Assembly (NCBI RefSeq): GCF_011386835.1
Contig: NC_088808.1
Coordinates: forward strand, 20,088,001 to 20,152,000
Direction of reading: 5' to 3'
From: Chrysemys picta bellii
Lineage: Eukaryota
DNA length: 64,000 nucleotides
In this document: one piece after another, positions 25,496 through 47,129 of the stretch
How positions within the stretch are numbered: the stretch's first letter is position 1
Layout: each line of letters begins with the position of its first letter
Translations under genes and position numbers: made by a program
Notes under the pieces: model-generated
The model's database searches: none
The model's input: the letters and a program-made list of their open reading frames with translations, nothing else
What the model was told of the DNA's origin: nothing

Positions 25496-27450
25496 CCTTA
25501 AAGCCCAGCAACAAGCTTGTAAATGGTGCCCTAAAGGAGGACTTCAGACCCAGGCAAAGAGGACTTGATTCCATGGCTGCAGAGGTACAGCTCAAGAGGA
25601 AGGGGTCTTGGTTTGAGCACCAGCACGACAGTTGATGTGGCCTGTATCACATGTCTTAAACTTCAGCTCTCACGTTTCATTTGCATGAGCTAATCCAAGG
25701 AACTTGAGTGCTTTTGCTGAAGAGGAAGGCAGTAAATATTCAGAACAGATGCCCCTGCTTATTCAATCAGGTCACTTTTAGCAACACTTCCTTTGCAAGC
25801 AGCAGGATGCAGTTAGGTGGCAACGTTGGCCATACCAAAGACAAGATGCCCCATTGGGTGCATTGTATTCTGAGTGGTTACTCAAGGACATTTTTCAAAA
25901 AGGAGACAATTGTGGTTCCATCTGTTTTATTCAGTCTGTTCTGGATACTTGCTTTGTAAGTATCCATCTCAGGAGGGCATTGATGTCAGCTGTTTATTTC
26001 TTTCCGTATAGCCCAATGTACAGTGTTCTGTAAAATACCGAAGGGGACCAACGAGAGAACCTGAGCAGTCTCTCCCAGCTTGATGCTTGCTCATAATAGT
26101 TTTGCTGTTGTGGGCCACTGCAGCAAGATCTGTATGGATGTACAGTAATCAAGGTGCATTTGAGACGGCCTTTTAATTAGTATTTATTTTGACTACTTCT
26201 GTTGTTGCTAAGGGTGCATATTAATCTCTCAAACCAGCACATGTCCTTGGATAAAGTCAGGCTTTCTGAACCAATGTTCATATCGTAATTTATGGATCCT
26301 CTGCAGGAGAGATCCAGTTTCTACTTCAGTGAGAAACTGGCCACAAGCTTGCAGCAGCAAGAGACGCTGCAGCTGAAATCAGTGGCGTTAATGTGTAAAA
26401 ATCTAGCAAAAAGTGATTTACTGTAGAAGTAAAGCCAGCACTAAGGAAAGCTACTTTGGGATGGTGAAAAAAATCTGTTTTGACCTTTGGGAGATATTCA
26501 GAGCAAGAACCAGGACTCAGAAGAACTCAGTTCTGTTCTTTCTCTGATTCTCAGTTTGGAGAAGTTCTGTCCCCCCTGTGGTTGTTTCCCAGTCCGCAAA
26601 ATGTGGAGAATTTCTCTCTCTAATGGGGCTTTTTCTGGAGATAAAGGCACTCTAAGTGTCAAGTATTACAATGGTAAAATGTACATGACAGTTAATACTG
26701 TAAAACTTCTCATGGGCATACCTTGCTTGAATCATTAGCTAAAGTTAACACTTTTTAAACCACATCACTACTGGAAATACAAAGCAAATGGTTTGGAGGA
26801 AGCTCCACTGTAATTAGGTGTTTGGCGATCACCTACTTCCACAAAAAAACTTTGGATGAAAAGATATATTTTAGAACATGAACAATATTGTGATAATTCC
26901 CAACTCTGAGAAGAAAACCTATGAGAAGTGCTACTGTTCATTGATTTATTACCAATCATCTTTTCATGTTTTAAACAAAAATTCTGCTCTCAGTAATCAT
27001 GTATCAATCCCTCCTTGAGCAAAACTTTCATTGTGGTATCTGAGGGTAGAATTGTTATATGTGTAGGAGAGAAAATAAGAATTGGCTGCTTTATGGAAGG
27101 AATATAAGGCTCAATCCTGCAAGGTGCAGAGCACACCAGCCTTGATCCAGCAAGACTGAAGTCTGTGGGACTACTCACATGCTTAAAGTTGAGCATGTGC
27201 TTAAGTGCTTTGCTCGACTGACCTGAGCACCTTATGGGCCTGTGGTCCTTAATGTGTCTCCCCATCCCCTTTAAAAAACAAATCAGATTTTGGTTTAAGT
27301 GATATTTTCATACTGTAAACATAGCCTAGAAATTAAATTATAAAGAAAAGTCCAACTTTCTGTGTTTTCAGCATTTTCGTATTAAAGCACCTGTTAGTGT
27401 GTTTTCTGTCCCAATTTCTTTTTACAAATAAAATGAGGAGCAGATTTTAC
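25496..27450 (+). other. INPP5E: INPP5E 3' UTR, candidate poly(A) signal AATAAA at 27427-27432
   Basis: AATAAA about 1.9 kb after the stop; the endpoint is inferred. Confidence 0.45.
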
Positions 27451-28241
27451 TCAAATGGCATGGTTTCTAAATTAAGCTTGTTACTGAGAGGTAGATTTCT
27501 TGTGGGAACAATACTGAGCTAGAAAAGGGACCTGCTGCCATGTGCCATAAATCCTTTGCTGGGCGAGTGAAGGTCCCTGTGTAGGTGCAGTCGTGACAAT
27601 ATGCATAGCCCTAAGCCTATGGAACCCTGCACATGCTTGGATAAATAGCCCCCAGAGCCTCTGTGAATGTAAAGCCATCTCTGTCTGTGCACAGGACAGA
27701 TCCAGCCATCAGTCTGAGCTTTTTCTTGTTGGTTCCTTTAAAAAAAAAAAAAAAAAAAGCCCTCAAAACAAAACAGTGCACCTTAAGCTAGAGCCAGCTT
27801 TGTTGCTCAGCAACAGCAGAGCCGCGTTCTAGTCAAAGCTGTGACGTGCGCTTACTGGCTGGGCAGCCTGGGGCAAATCATGTCCTCTTTCCTCAGCTGT
27901 AAAGTGGGACCCAAGCTTCTTGCTTGCCTTACTAAGTGGTAATGAAGTGCTTTTAAACTAATCCATACACTATCCATTTACCAAAGCAGTCTAGAAATCC
28001 ATTAGCGTTGATAACTTTCTAAACGTCCTAGTCACTTTGCTCACTTACTAATCACACCCATTCATTTCAATGTCTTTATTTGTTTCCTTGACAAAGATAC
28101 ACACCACAAGTGCCAGGACAAAGCTGTCTGTTGTAAAACATACCCTGGGTTCAAAAAGCAGCTGCATTTTGTTAGTATTAAGAGCACCACTTTGCCTGTT
28201 CTCTGCTCCAGGAGCATGCACAACTTCCACTCACATGAATG

Positions 28242-28250
28242 GGTGTGTGT

Positions 28251-28284
<34 letters not shown>
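28242..28284. repeat. (GT)n microsatellite with one interruption
   Basis: Seen directly. Confidence 0.92.
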
Positions 28285-28285
<1 letters not shown>

Positions 28286-29359
28286 TAGTAGCTGCCTCTG
28301 AACCTTCTGCTCAGCTTGATCACTTATGCATAGTCATTTAATGGCAGCACTAAACAAACAAACAGTTTCACTATTTATGCCTAGAAAGGTCAGAACTGGG
28401 TATATAACTGGATATTACATCTCACCTGTCAAAGGTGATGGGTTCTTGTGTGCCTGAGAAACAGGTCACTAAACCCTGTTACTGGTGGTATTCTTATATG
28501 GATTTCTTCTTATGGGCTTTTAGTACGAACCAATTACCTTCAAGACTAAGCTCTTTATACAAATCATTGTCTCTTTGCTGACAACATTTAATTCATCTTA
28601 ATCTTTCCTTGGGAAATAAACAGTTATCAAGGTAAATGGCATTTCTGTTTGCAAGAAACCATTAGTTGCACTTAAGGTTCAACCTAACTTCAAGTGAGCT
28701 CTGTGTGGCCAAGTATCTACCACCCCACACCCTTTACAGAGAGGATCTGCCTGACAGCACAGCACTTGATGGAAAGCTGTAAGTATGTTATCCATGATAT
28801 GTCTTAAACGAGAACATGCAGCAATCTTGTTCAGATTATTGAAGGTATTTTCCAATAGCAGCCTGTATTTACATTTTAAAATTAACAAAGTATAAACTCA
28901 GAACTTTGTCATGAGGACAGATTGTTCTAGTGCCCTCCATTCAACTTGATTACAGTTTTATATATCCTCTGGACTAGGAAGCATCACATTAGCACCTTAC
29001 TTTAGCAGTACTTGTAACAATCCTCCCCAAGTGACAATATTACTACTCACAGTCTACAAGATTGGAGGACAACTGACTTATGAAAGGTAACTCCGCCTAA
29101 ATCTATTCCTTTAGTAAGGAGTACAACACATTTTGGGCTATAACCACCAATGCGCATACTTAGGAAGAAAAAGTAACATGAACACACTTCCCTTGCAATA
29201 CTGGATATTTAAAGCAAGTGGTAACTGTAAGATCTTGGCTAATTGATCAATACGTGTAGCCCTTTCACCTGTAGTGGTTTAGGTTTGCTTTGCCACACTG
29301 CTATTCAAGGTGCCAAGAGAAAGGCCTACACACACAGCCTTCTGTGGTAGGCAGAAGAA

Positions 29360-29365
29360 TTTATT
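29360..29365 (-). terminator. PMPCA: PMPCA candidate poly(A) signal (AATAAA on the - strand)
   Basis: TTTATT on the + strand, about 210 nt past the PMPCA stop codon. Confidence 0.65.
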
Positions 29366-29576
29366 GATGGCCAAAGTGCTCATTCAGAGCTGGGACCGGT
29401 CTGTAAGCCTATATCAACATGAACACTTCACATTCTGAACACCTGAAGCCGTCTCAGCTACAAGAAAAGTTCCATATTTACATCATGTGCATGTAAATAT
29501 TTTTTGCATTGACATAATCCAAAGAACAATATGTATAAAAAAGGTAAGTCTCCTGTTCTAGACAGCATTTGCTGCT

Positions 29577-39348
<9,772 letters not shown>

Positions 39349-39658
39349 CTTATGTCCGGGAAGCCCCAGCCTCCGCCCTCCCCTTCCGCCCGGCTGCCCG
39401 GCACGGAAACCACGTGCGTCGCCCGGGGCGGAGCTAAACGCGGCCGCTGGCGGCGTTTGCTGGTTGGCCAATGCCGGGGAGGGGCGGGGCTGAGTGTCCG
39501 GAGGCGGGTTCTCAGTGGTTAGCGCTGAGGCGGGAATAACCTGCGGTGGCTGCTGGTTGGTCAATCCCAGGAAGGGCGGGCCCAGGCGGGGAATGGCCCT
39601 GCCTCCCGCCCCGATGGGAGCCGACGGGGGTCTGTAGCTGAGGGGCGGTGGGGGGGCC

Positions 39659-42600
39659 ATGGCGGGTCACAGCCGCGCCCCCCGCTCCCCTTCCCCGAAC
39701 CCCCAGCTCTGGGGCGGTGAGAACCGGGAGGGGGCGGGCATGGGGGGGGGTCCCGAGTCCGCCCCGCACGGCCCGGCTGACGCGTCCCCTCTCTCCCCGC
39801 AGGCGAGGAGCCCGGCGAGGCCAACCCCTTCTCCTTCCGGGAGTTCGTGCGGAGCCAGGGCCGGGGCGCGGCCCCGCGCGGCGCCAGCCCCAAGGTACCG
39901 GGGGGGCGGGTGGGTGACTGGAGCGCGATCCCCCCGCCAGCCCGCGGTCCCCACCTGCGCCCTCTCTCCCTGCAGGCCGCCGCGCCGCCGCCCCCCCTGC
40001 GGCTCCACGAGCCGTTTTTCCCGGACCCCAGCGCGGGCGACACGCGGCTGGACGAGGAGGATGCGGAGTGGAGCGGGTGTTACCAGCCCGCCGCCGTGGA
40101 ACGAGCCCACTTGGCCGGGCCCGGGAGCGCCTCGCCGGGGCCCAGCGCCTTGGAGTCCTTCTACTGCGACCGCCCGGACTGGTCGGGGCTGGAGGACTCC
40201 GCTCCGTGGCAGCTGGACGAGAGTGACCCCCTGGGCTACGCAGAGCAGAGCCTGGCGTCCCGGGGGGAAGCTGGAGAGGGGCCCTGTCACCCGCTGCAGC
40301 CGGCCTGCCGAGACGTAAGTGACCGAGCTCGCCTCTGATAGAGCTTCTAGAGCCCTAGAGCTTCCACTGCCCTGGGGGAGAGCGGGGGGCACACGGCTCC
40401 ATGCACTGCCCCTTTCCCAGGCCCGAAGAGCTCAACAGCTTCTCGCTCACCAACAGAAGTTATTACCTCCCCCACCCTGGCTTTCTAGAGTGTCCTGGTA
40501 GTTTGCGAAGTGCTGGAGCTTAACTTTGCCACCTCCGCATGGTCCAGAAAAGTTATTTTAAGTCACCCTAAAGGGCCTTGAAAATGTATCTGCGTTTTCA
40601 CTGGAGTCTGTGAATGGTCTTAAGGCGACTTGGCTTCAGCGTTGGAGGAATATGAAATGAAACCCCTTGAAATAGTTCTAAACGCTTCTATATAGCAGAA
40701 GTTAAAACTAATGATGATGTGTGGCACAGCACAAAGGTTTCTATAGGCACGCAGGGTGAGCTATAAAATCCCCTCATCGCTCTCCATATGTTCATGGCAA
40801 TAAAATCTTTATCCAGGCACACACTTGTCTCACTTAATCTCTCCATGCCTCATGTTTTTCCTCTGAAATGGAGAAGATTATTATTTTGGTTTTGTTTGAG
40901 AGGATATATTCTTAAATATTTGTTAGTGAATTTAGTTCATGGAAATTGCCAAGATTTTTCCAGCTCCAGAAGTGAGACTTGGAAGGTTTCATCCATGCTG
41001 GTTTTTGCATGTTAAAAAGATCAGTATGATCACCAGACCATACATTCCTGATTTCTAATGAGTATTTTTCTGCAGCTACAAGAAGAAAATGCCAGACTAA
41101 GAAGCAAGATTAACCAGCTTCACTTCTTCTCTGAAATTCAGACAGACAAGTATGTATACTACAGCGGAAAAGAAATCATGAACTTGATAAATGAAGATGA
41201 AATGCTGATATCCTTATACATCGTAATTGAATGAAACAAGATTTGTGACCGTTTATGCCAGTGATCACCAACTGGTCGATCGTGATCAATTGGTCAATCC
41301 TATAGGATCTCCCAGTCGATTGCAATCTCTGGTGGTGCAGCAGGGCTGCTGCTAAGGCAGGCTCCCTGCCTGCCCTTACCCCGCAGCTCCCATTGGCCAG
41401 GAATAGGGAGTTGTGGCTAATGAGGGCTGCAGGGGCGGTGCTTGCAGAAAGGGGCAGTGCATGGAGCCGTGTGCCCCCCGCTCTCCCCTAGGGGCCGCAG
41501 GGGCATGTTGACCCCTTCCGGGAGCGCTGTGGGGTCGGGGTAGGCAGGGAGCCTGCCTTAGCAGCAGCCACGCTACGCCACCAACTGGGAGCCGTGGAGG
41601 TAAGTGCTGCCCGGCGGAGGCTGCCCCCCCAGCCCTGAGCCGCCTCCCGGAGCCTGCATCCCATACCCTCTCCTGCACCTAGAACCACCTCCAGCCCTGA
41701 GCCCCCTCCCAGAGCCTGCATCCAGAATCCCCTTCTGAACCCCAACCCCCTCTACCCCAGCCCAGAGAGAGTGAGGGTGTGGGAGAGTGAGCAATGGGGG
41801 AGGGGAGGATAGAGTGAGCAGGGCGGGGCTTTGGGGAAGTGGTGGGGTAGAGATCCTGGGTTGCCCTTAAATTCAAAAAGTCATCTTGGGTGTAAAAAGG
41901 TTGGAAACTAGAGATTTGTCCTATTGTATGACAATTTCACTACAGGGTTATTTCAGTTGAGAAACTTTGGCTTCTAAGAAATCATTTGGATTTCCTTTTA
42001 GAAAGAAATCAGGGAAAGTAGGTAGAATGTTTGTCTGATTTGGTATCTTGTTTTTTAATAATAATTGGAGCCAACTCCTGTCCAACTCAGTTTGTCAATG
42101 AGGGCAAACTTGCCTATTGGAACACTTCAGACCTTCAAAGTGATGTACTAATAATCCTTACTTTGCTCCTGTGAGGCAAATAAGTATTTTCATTTTACCA
42201 ATAGGGAATTTAAGTTAAGTGAATTTAGGTTAAGTGAATTTCCCCAGGACACAGGTGAGTCGGTGACAGAGCTGTGATTAGAACTCAGGAATTCCTCTGT
42301 CCACTGCACCATGCTGCTTCACATACTGAGGCAATTCACACTTTCCTAAAAATGGACTGTTACACCACCACCGACCACACCTCAGAATGGCTTGAAAAAC
42401 AACATAATATAGACTGACAGTGAATGGATGTGTTGTGCAGAGATTCAGCTGTATAATTATCCTTAACGCTAATGGATGTTGAACAAATGAATCCCCTGAG
42501 GCCCAACCTAATTCTGTGGGTGGAGTTTCTATAGTGCATTAGAATGAACATTTTTGTCATACTGAAGCCTCTATCTAGGATGTTCTAAAAATATTTATAA

Positions 42601-45208
42601 TAGAATCTTCTTGCCTGAAACACTTTGTACTCTCTCCCACTGAATGCAAATAAAAATGCCTACTTTGTTCTCTTTTTAACAAGGGTAAAGACACTTGAAA
42701 AAAAACTAGAAGAGAACAAGATTAAAGAGCAAAAAGAGGCCCGGGATCTAGAAGCAATGGTGCAGCATGTAGAAGAGAATCTCCAGTTGATGACGGTAAA
42801 TATTTCTTTGTTCTTATAATACAGATCCATGATCAGGGCTGCCCTGTGGGTTTTTGTTTTCCTCCTCAAACACTGGAGGAAGCATAAGCAATGCAGGCGG
42901 GAGGATGGTTGAGTAATGGTAACATTCTCTTTTCCACTCTGACACTTCGGTTCAACTTTTTCCCTTACATTATTCAGGAGACACGTTCTCTATCACTTTT
43001 CATAATATCAAGTGTCTATTACTGACAGCACTTCTGAAGCAAGGGCTGCGAACGTGAAAAGGAGCTGAGTTCCACTCCAAAAGTACCTCAGTTATACAGG
43101 AGTCAGGGCTTTGCATGATTGATTAAAGAGTCTTAATCACTTATATTCAGCTGTTTCTGTGTAGCTTTCTGGAAACACCCAACTTACACATAATTTACAA
43201 ATATTTACATATAGGCATTGCCTGCAAGAAAATTGATAATTAAGTCATATGTTTATAGTGAGTAAATTCTTTCCTTACTCGGAAGGAAGCGATATATTGC
43301 GGCCTTGATCACTTGATTGGTATGTTATATCCCTTCCCTATCTTTTTAGTATGTTATTTTGGTCTCTTTGAGGTAAGACTTATACGTTCCTCTGTATTAG
43401 GAAAATGCATAGTGCATTCTAGGCACTACCACAGTATAAATAATCTTGGTATCTTGTATTCCAGAAACGGGCTGTGAAAGCAGAAAATAATGTTATAAAA
43501 CTGAAACAGGAAAATGCACTACTTCAGGTATGAATCTGTCCTCTCCTTTTTAAGGTTCTCTTACTGTATGAACTTCACGTGAACATATCTTGATATTAAA
43601 TAGAATTTATAACTGTGCTACTGGAAAAGTATTCACCTGTGGATGAATCTTTTATAAAATGTCCTTGTGTTCTAATTGAATGTATATTAAGTCAATGTAA
43701 ACCAAAAATTTCACAACTCCAAAGTTTAGAACTTGTGCGCCATGGGACCAGTAACTATTGTGAGGCTTCTTATCCCACAGAATCTGGGATTTCTCACTTT
43801 CCACTGGTATAAACACTGACTTTTAGCCATGGTATGTTACGTGATAGACATTAAAATCGCATTATTCTGATTAACCTCTTCCTCATCCCCAAGGCACTCT
43901 AAATTTGAACTGATTTTAGTCCCTTCTATTTTACACTGCTAAGAGAAGACAGTAACCCCAACACCACCTGGAAGTTCAGCTTTCTGATATCCAATATTAA
44001 CTTCTAAATGAGTTGGAAAATCCACTACTTTAATATCAGAATTAAAATTGAGTAAGGGAAGCAGAAGCAAGATGATTTTCAGAATGAAGCAGATTTCGGG
44101 ACTGCTAACTAGCAACCTGCTAGGGTTAGAAGCATTTGGTGGGACTAGTACAAATGCTTTCAAGTTTGGTAAAGGCTTCCAAGGTTTAGTCCTGGATCAG
44201 AGATCACATGAAGAATTTTGATCCTTGTAAGGGGAGACCATGATCTTGCAGATGGCACAAATTCCTAATGGAGAGAGCCCTAAGTTAGTCCCAAAAAGCA
44301 GCATTCAAGTACTCATAGGAATTGTTTTCTCATGCCATCTTATATAAATAAATGTGCATCTGCTCCAGGAAAATTGCTTATAATAAACTAAACTCTTCCT
44401 AAGGTTCAGCTGAAAAATTACAAGACAGAGAATGAAGCCTTGAAGACTGGCCAGTCTGCTAGTTTGGCTGTAGTGAAACAAAATGCAGATATTGCCTTGC
44501 AGAATCTTCTGAGAGTAATTACAAATTCACGCTCTTCAATAAAGTAAGTTCAGCTTTATAAAGAGAACTGTAAAGTAAAGAACTTGTCCTAACAGGCGTC
44601 TGTAGACTAAATGAAAATTAGTACTGGAGGCTCTTCCGTTGACATTCATGAGATCATGATTTCACCTTTTGTTTACATTTTGAATTTCAGTTTCACATAG
44701 GTGAAGGTGCAAATACTGTTCAGTTTCACTTTCTAGTTCACGTACAGTAGCTCAGTGTTATGTTTGTACACACACTGCAGAAAAATTACACAATTCAGAT
44801 TTTTCACTAACTGTTCAAAATTAAGTCCATTTTCTGTGTAATATTAAGCTTTTGTACAACTAGGGTTTTTAATGATGTAAATGTTAATCCTAATCTACCT
44901 AAATGTTTTTGTTTTTTTACAGTGAATTTTGCAATTCAAGTGAACTGTTTTTTTCTTAGCAACTGAAGTTGCATAAATGTTCTCTGATATAAATAAGTTG
45001 GAAATGCCCTGTTTATTGTTCTTTGTCTCTGCATATCGACCCCTCTTCTGGTAACGTTTCTTGTTACTTGTAATCTGCCCTATCCCGTTCAGTATTTTGT
45101 TTTTTAAATTCCAGGCAATTGGTCTCTGGAGCAGAATCATTGCAGGTTGTTGCCGAACTCCTTAAATCGATCGACAGAATTTCTGAAATTTCAGATGATG
45201 GACCGTGA
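39659..45208 (+). CDS. ENTR1: ENTR1 (SDCCAG3), endosome-associated trafficking regulator 1, 323 aa. Exons 39659-39716, 39803-39894, 39976-40314, 41076-41149, 42684-42795, 43465-43527, 44404-44543, 45115-45208
   Basis: 8 GT-AG exons, joined frame open (972 nt). Conserved EANPFSFREF, EPFFPDP, EWSGCYQPAAVERAH, and coiled coil KRAVKAENNVIKLKQE..VVKQNADIALQNL..QLVSGAESLQVVAELLKSIDRISE. Exon 1 is the least certain. Confidence 0.92.
41259..41911. mobile_element. GC-rich hAT-type non-autonomous element in ENTR1 intron 4
   Basis: Starts CAGTGATCACCAACTGGTCGATCG and ends AAAAAGGTTGGAAAC (degenerate TIR). The interior is a GC block with CCCC runs in an AT-rich intron; no TSD recovered. Confidence 0.6.
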
Positions 45209-45595
45209 AAAAACCACTAAAGGAACTCTACCCCAAGAGTTCTGTTTACATATAGAAATCATTATTTAAAGATTGTTTGCTTTAATATTTAAAAAATGCT
45301 GTCTTAAAATATGCAACCTTTACCCTTACTGTTTTTATTGTGGGAGAACAGTTATGCAGTGGTGCCCTTCCTTCCATTGTACCAACAGTGGCTCTCCAGA
45401 ACCTGATCCAGCAAACCACGTACTTTAAGTGCTTTGCTGGATTGGGACCTCAAGACCCAGCCATCACACTGTGTGCATTGCAGTCTCCCATTAAAATGAA
45501 GTGGAGCACTGGACTCGAAACATTGTGCTCCCTGCCTTTTTTCCTCATTCCCTCTAGTAGTGCTGTGTCAAAGTATTTTATAAATGCTGGGAGCA

Positions 45596-45601
45596 AATAA
45601 A
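45596..45601 (+). terminator. ENTR1: ENTR1 candidate poly(A) signal
   Basis: AATAAA about 390 nt after the stop, followed by a U/GU-rich tract (TCTTTTCTGTGTGGTGTTTTT). Confidence 0.7.
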
Positions 45602-45949
45602 TCTTTTCTGTGTGGTGTTTTTTACTGCTATGAGGGGTGAGGTAGGGGGAAATATTTTGAACTCTTGTAGAATTAAATATGAAAATGAGACTATACCCTA
45701 CATAATGCTTTAACCAGTTTACTTCCTAAATATATTTTAAAATGCTTTTTAATTGTACGAGGTTTTGTAACAATACTTTTTTCAAAAAAAAAAAAAGAGA
45801 AATTAAATACTACTGCCTTTAGTTGGTGATTCTTGGTGGTTTAAACAAAATGGTTTTCAGAAAAAAAAGGGGGGGTTCTTTTTAAAAGTGGGGGTGGGGG
45901 GAGTCACTTTGGGAGAGGTGAGGCAGCTGCTTTTGTGCACTGGAGTACT

Positions 45950-46557
45950 TTCATAGACTTTAAGGTCAGAAGGGACCATTATGATCTTCTAGTCTGAGCT
46001 CCTGCACAACCCAGGCCACAGAATCTCACTCACCCACCCCTGTAACAAACCCCTGACCTATGTTTGAGCTATTGAAGTCCTCAAATCATGGTTTAAAGAC
46101 TTCAAGCTGCAGAGAATCCTCCAGCAAGTGACCCGTGCCCCAAACTGTAGAGGAAGGCAACACCCCCCCCCCCCCCCACGGCCTCTGCCAATCTGCCCTG
46201 GAGGAAAATTCCTTCCTGACCCCAAATATGGCAATCAGCTAAACCCTGAGCACGTGGGCAAGACGCACGAGCCAGACACCTAGGGTGAGATCTGAGTTAC
46301 TAGGGAGAATTCTTTCCTATCTAGTGTCCCATCACAGGCCATATTTATCGCTAATAGTCAAAGACTAATTAATTGCCAAAATTAGGCTATCCCCCCCCAT
46401 ACCATCCCTTCCATAAATTTATCAAGCTTAGGCTTGAAGTCAGATATGTCTTTTGCCTCCACTGTTCCCCTTGGAAGGCTATTCCAAAACTTCACTCTGA
46501 TGGTTAGAAACCTTCATCTAATTTCAAGTCTAAACTTCCTGATGGCTAGTTTATATC
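45950..46557 (-). mobile_element. CR1 LINE 3' fragment between ENTR1 and SNAPC4
   Basis: Reverse-strand CR1 tail (TCATAGACTTTAAGGTCAGAAGGGACC..CTAGTCTG) continuing into decayed ORF2 end sequence. Confidence 0.8.
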
Positions 46558-47129
46558 AGAAAAAGTCCAGAACGTTGATCTATACTACCACAATAGTGTA
46601 TTGTCTAATATAGGAATTGTTGTAATGTGTATAAATACACCAGTAAACTCACATTTGAGCAGCAGTGAATACTATAATTACAAAAAGCAAGGAAGACTCT
46701 CCATATACCAACTTCAGGTGTGACTGAAACAATGGAGCTAACATTTCTTTGTGCAAAACAAGTGCCAATGATGTAGTAGTGACTGGAAAAATGGAGAAGT
46801 TAATACAGGCACAGCATGAGAAGAAATTAGCGTTGGGGGATTAGTAGTTACTGCAAATTTGAGTATTTATTTCCATGAATACTTAATTCAAAATATTTAT
46901 TTCCAATGTTACCCTGGCAGGTGCAGTGCAGGGAAGTGTGGGAAATGTGTATACTAGCTGCAGTGCCCTTCCTTAGTTCTACCCTGTTTTGCTCCGTTAA
47001 CGCTGACGTGGGTGTAAGTGGCATACACACAGGGTAGCTGTGGAGAGACAGCAGCGAGATCAGGTCAGCAAACTCCTTCAGGGGCATCCCAGGTGGATGC
47101 TTTCCTTTATTTACATAGACCAGTTGTCT

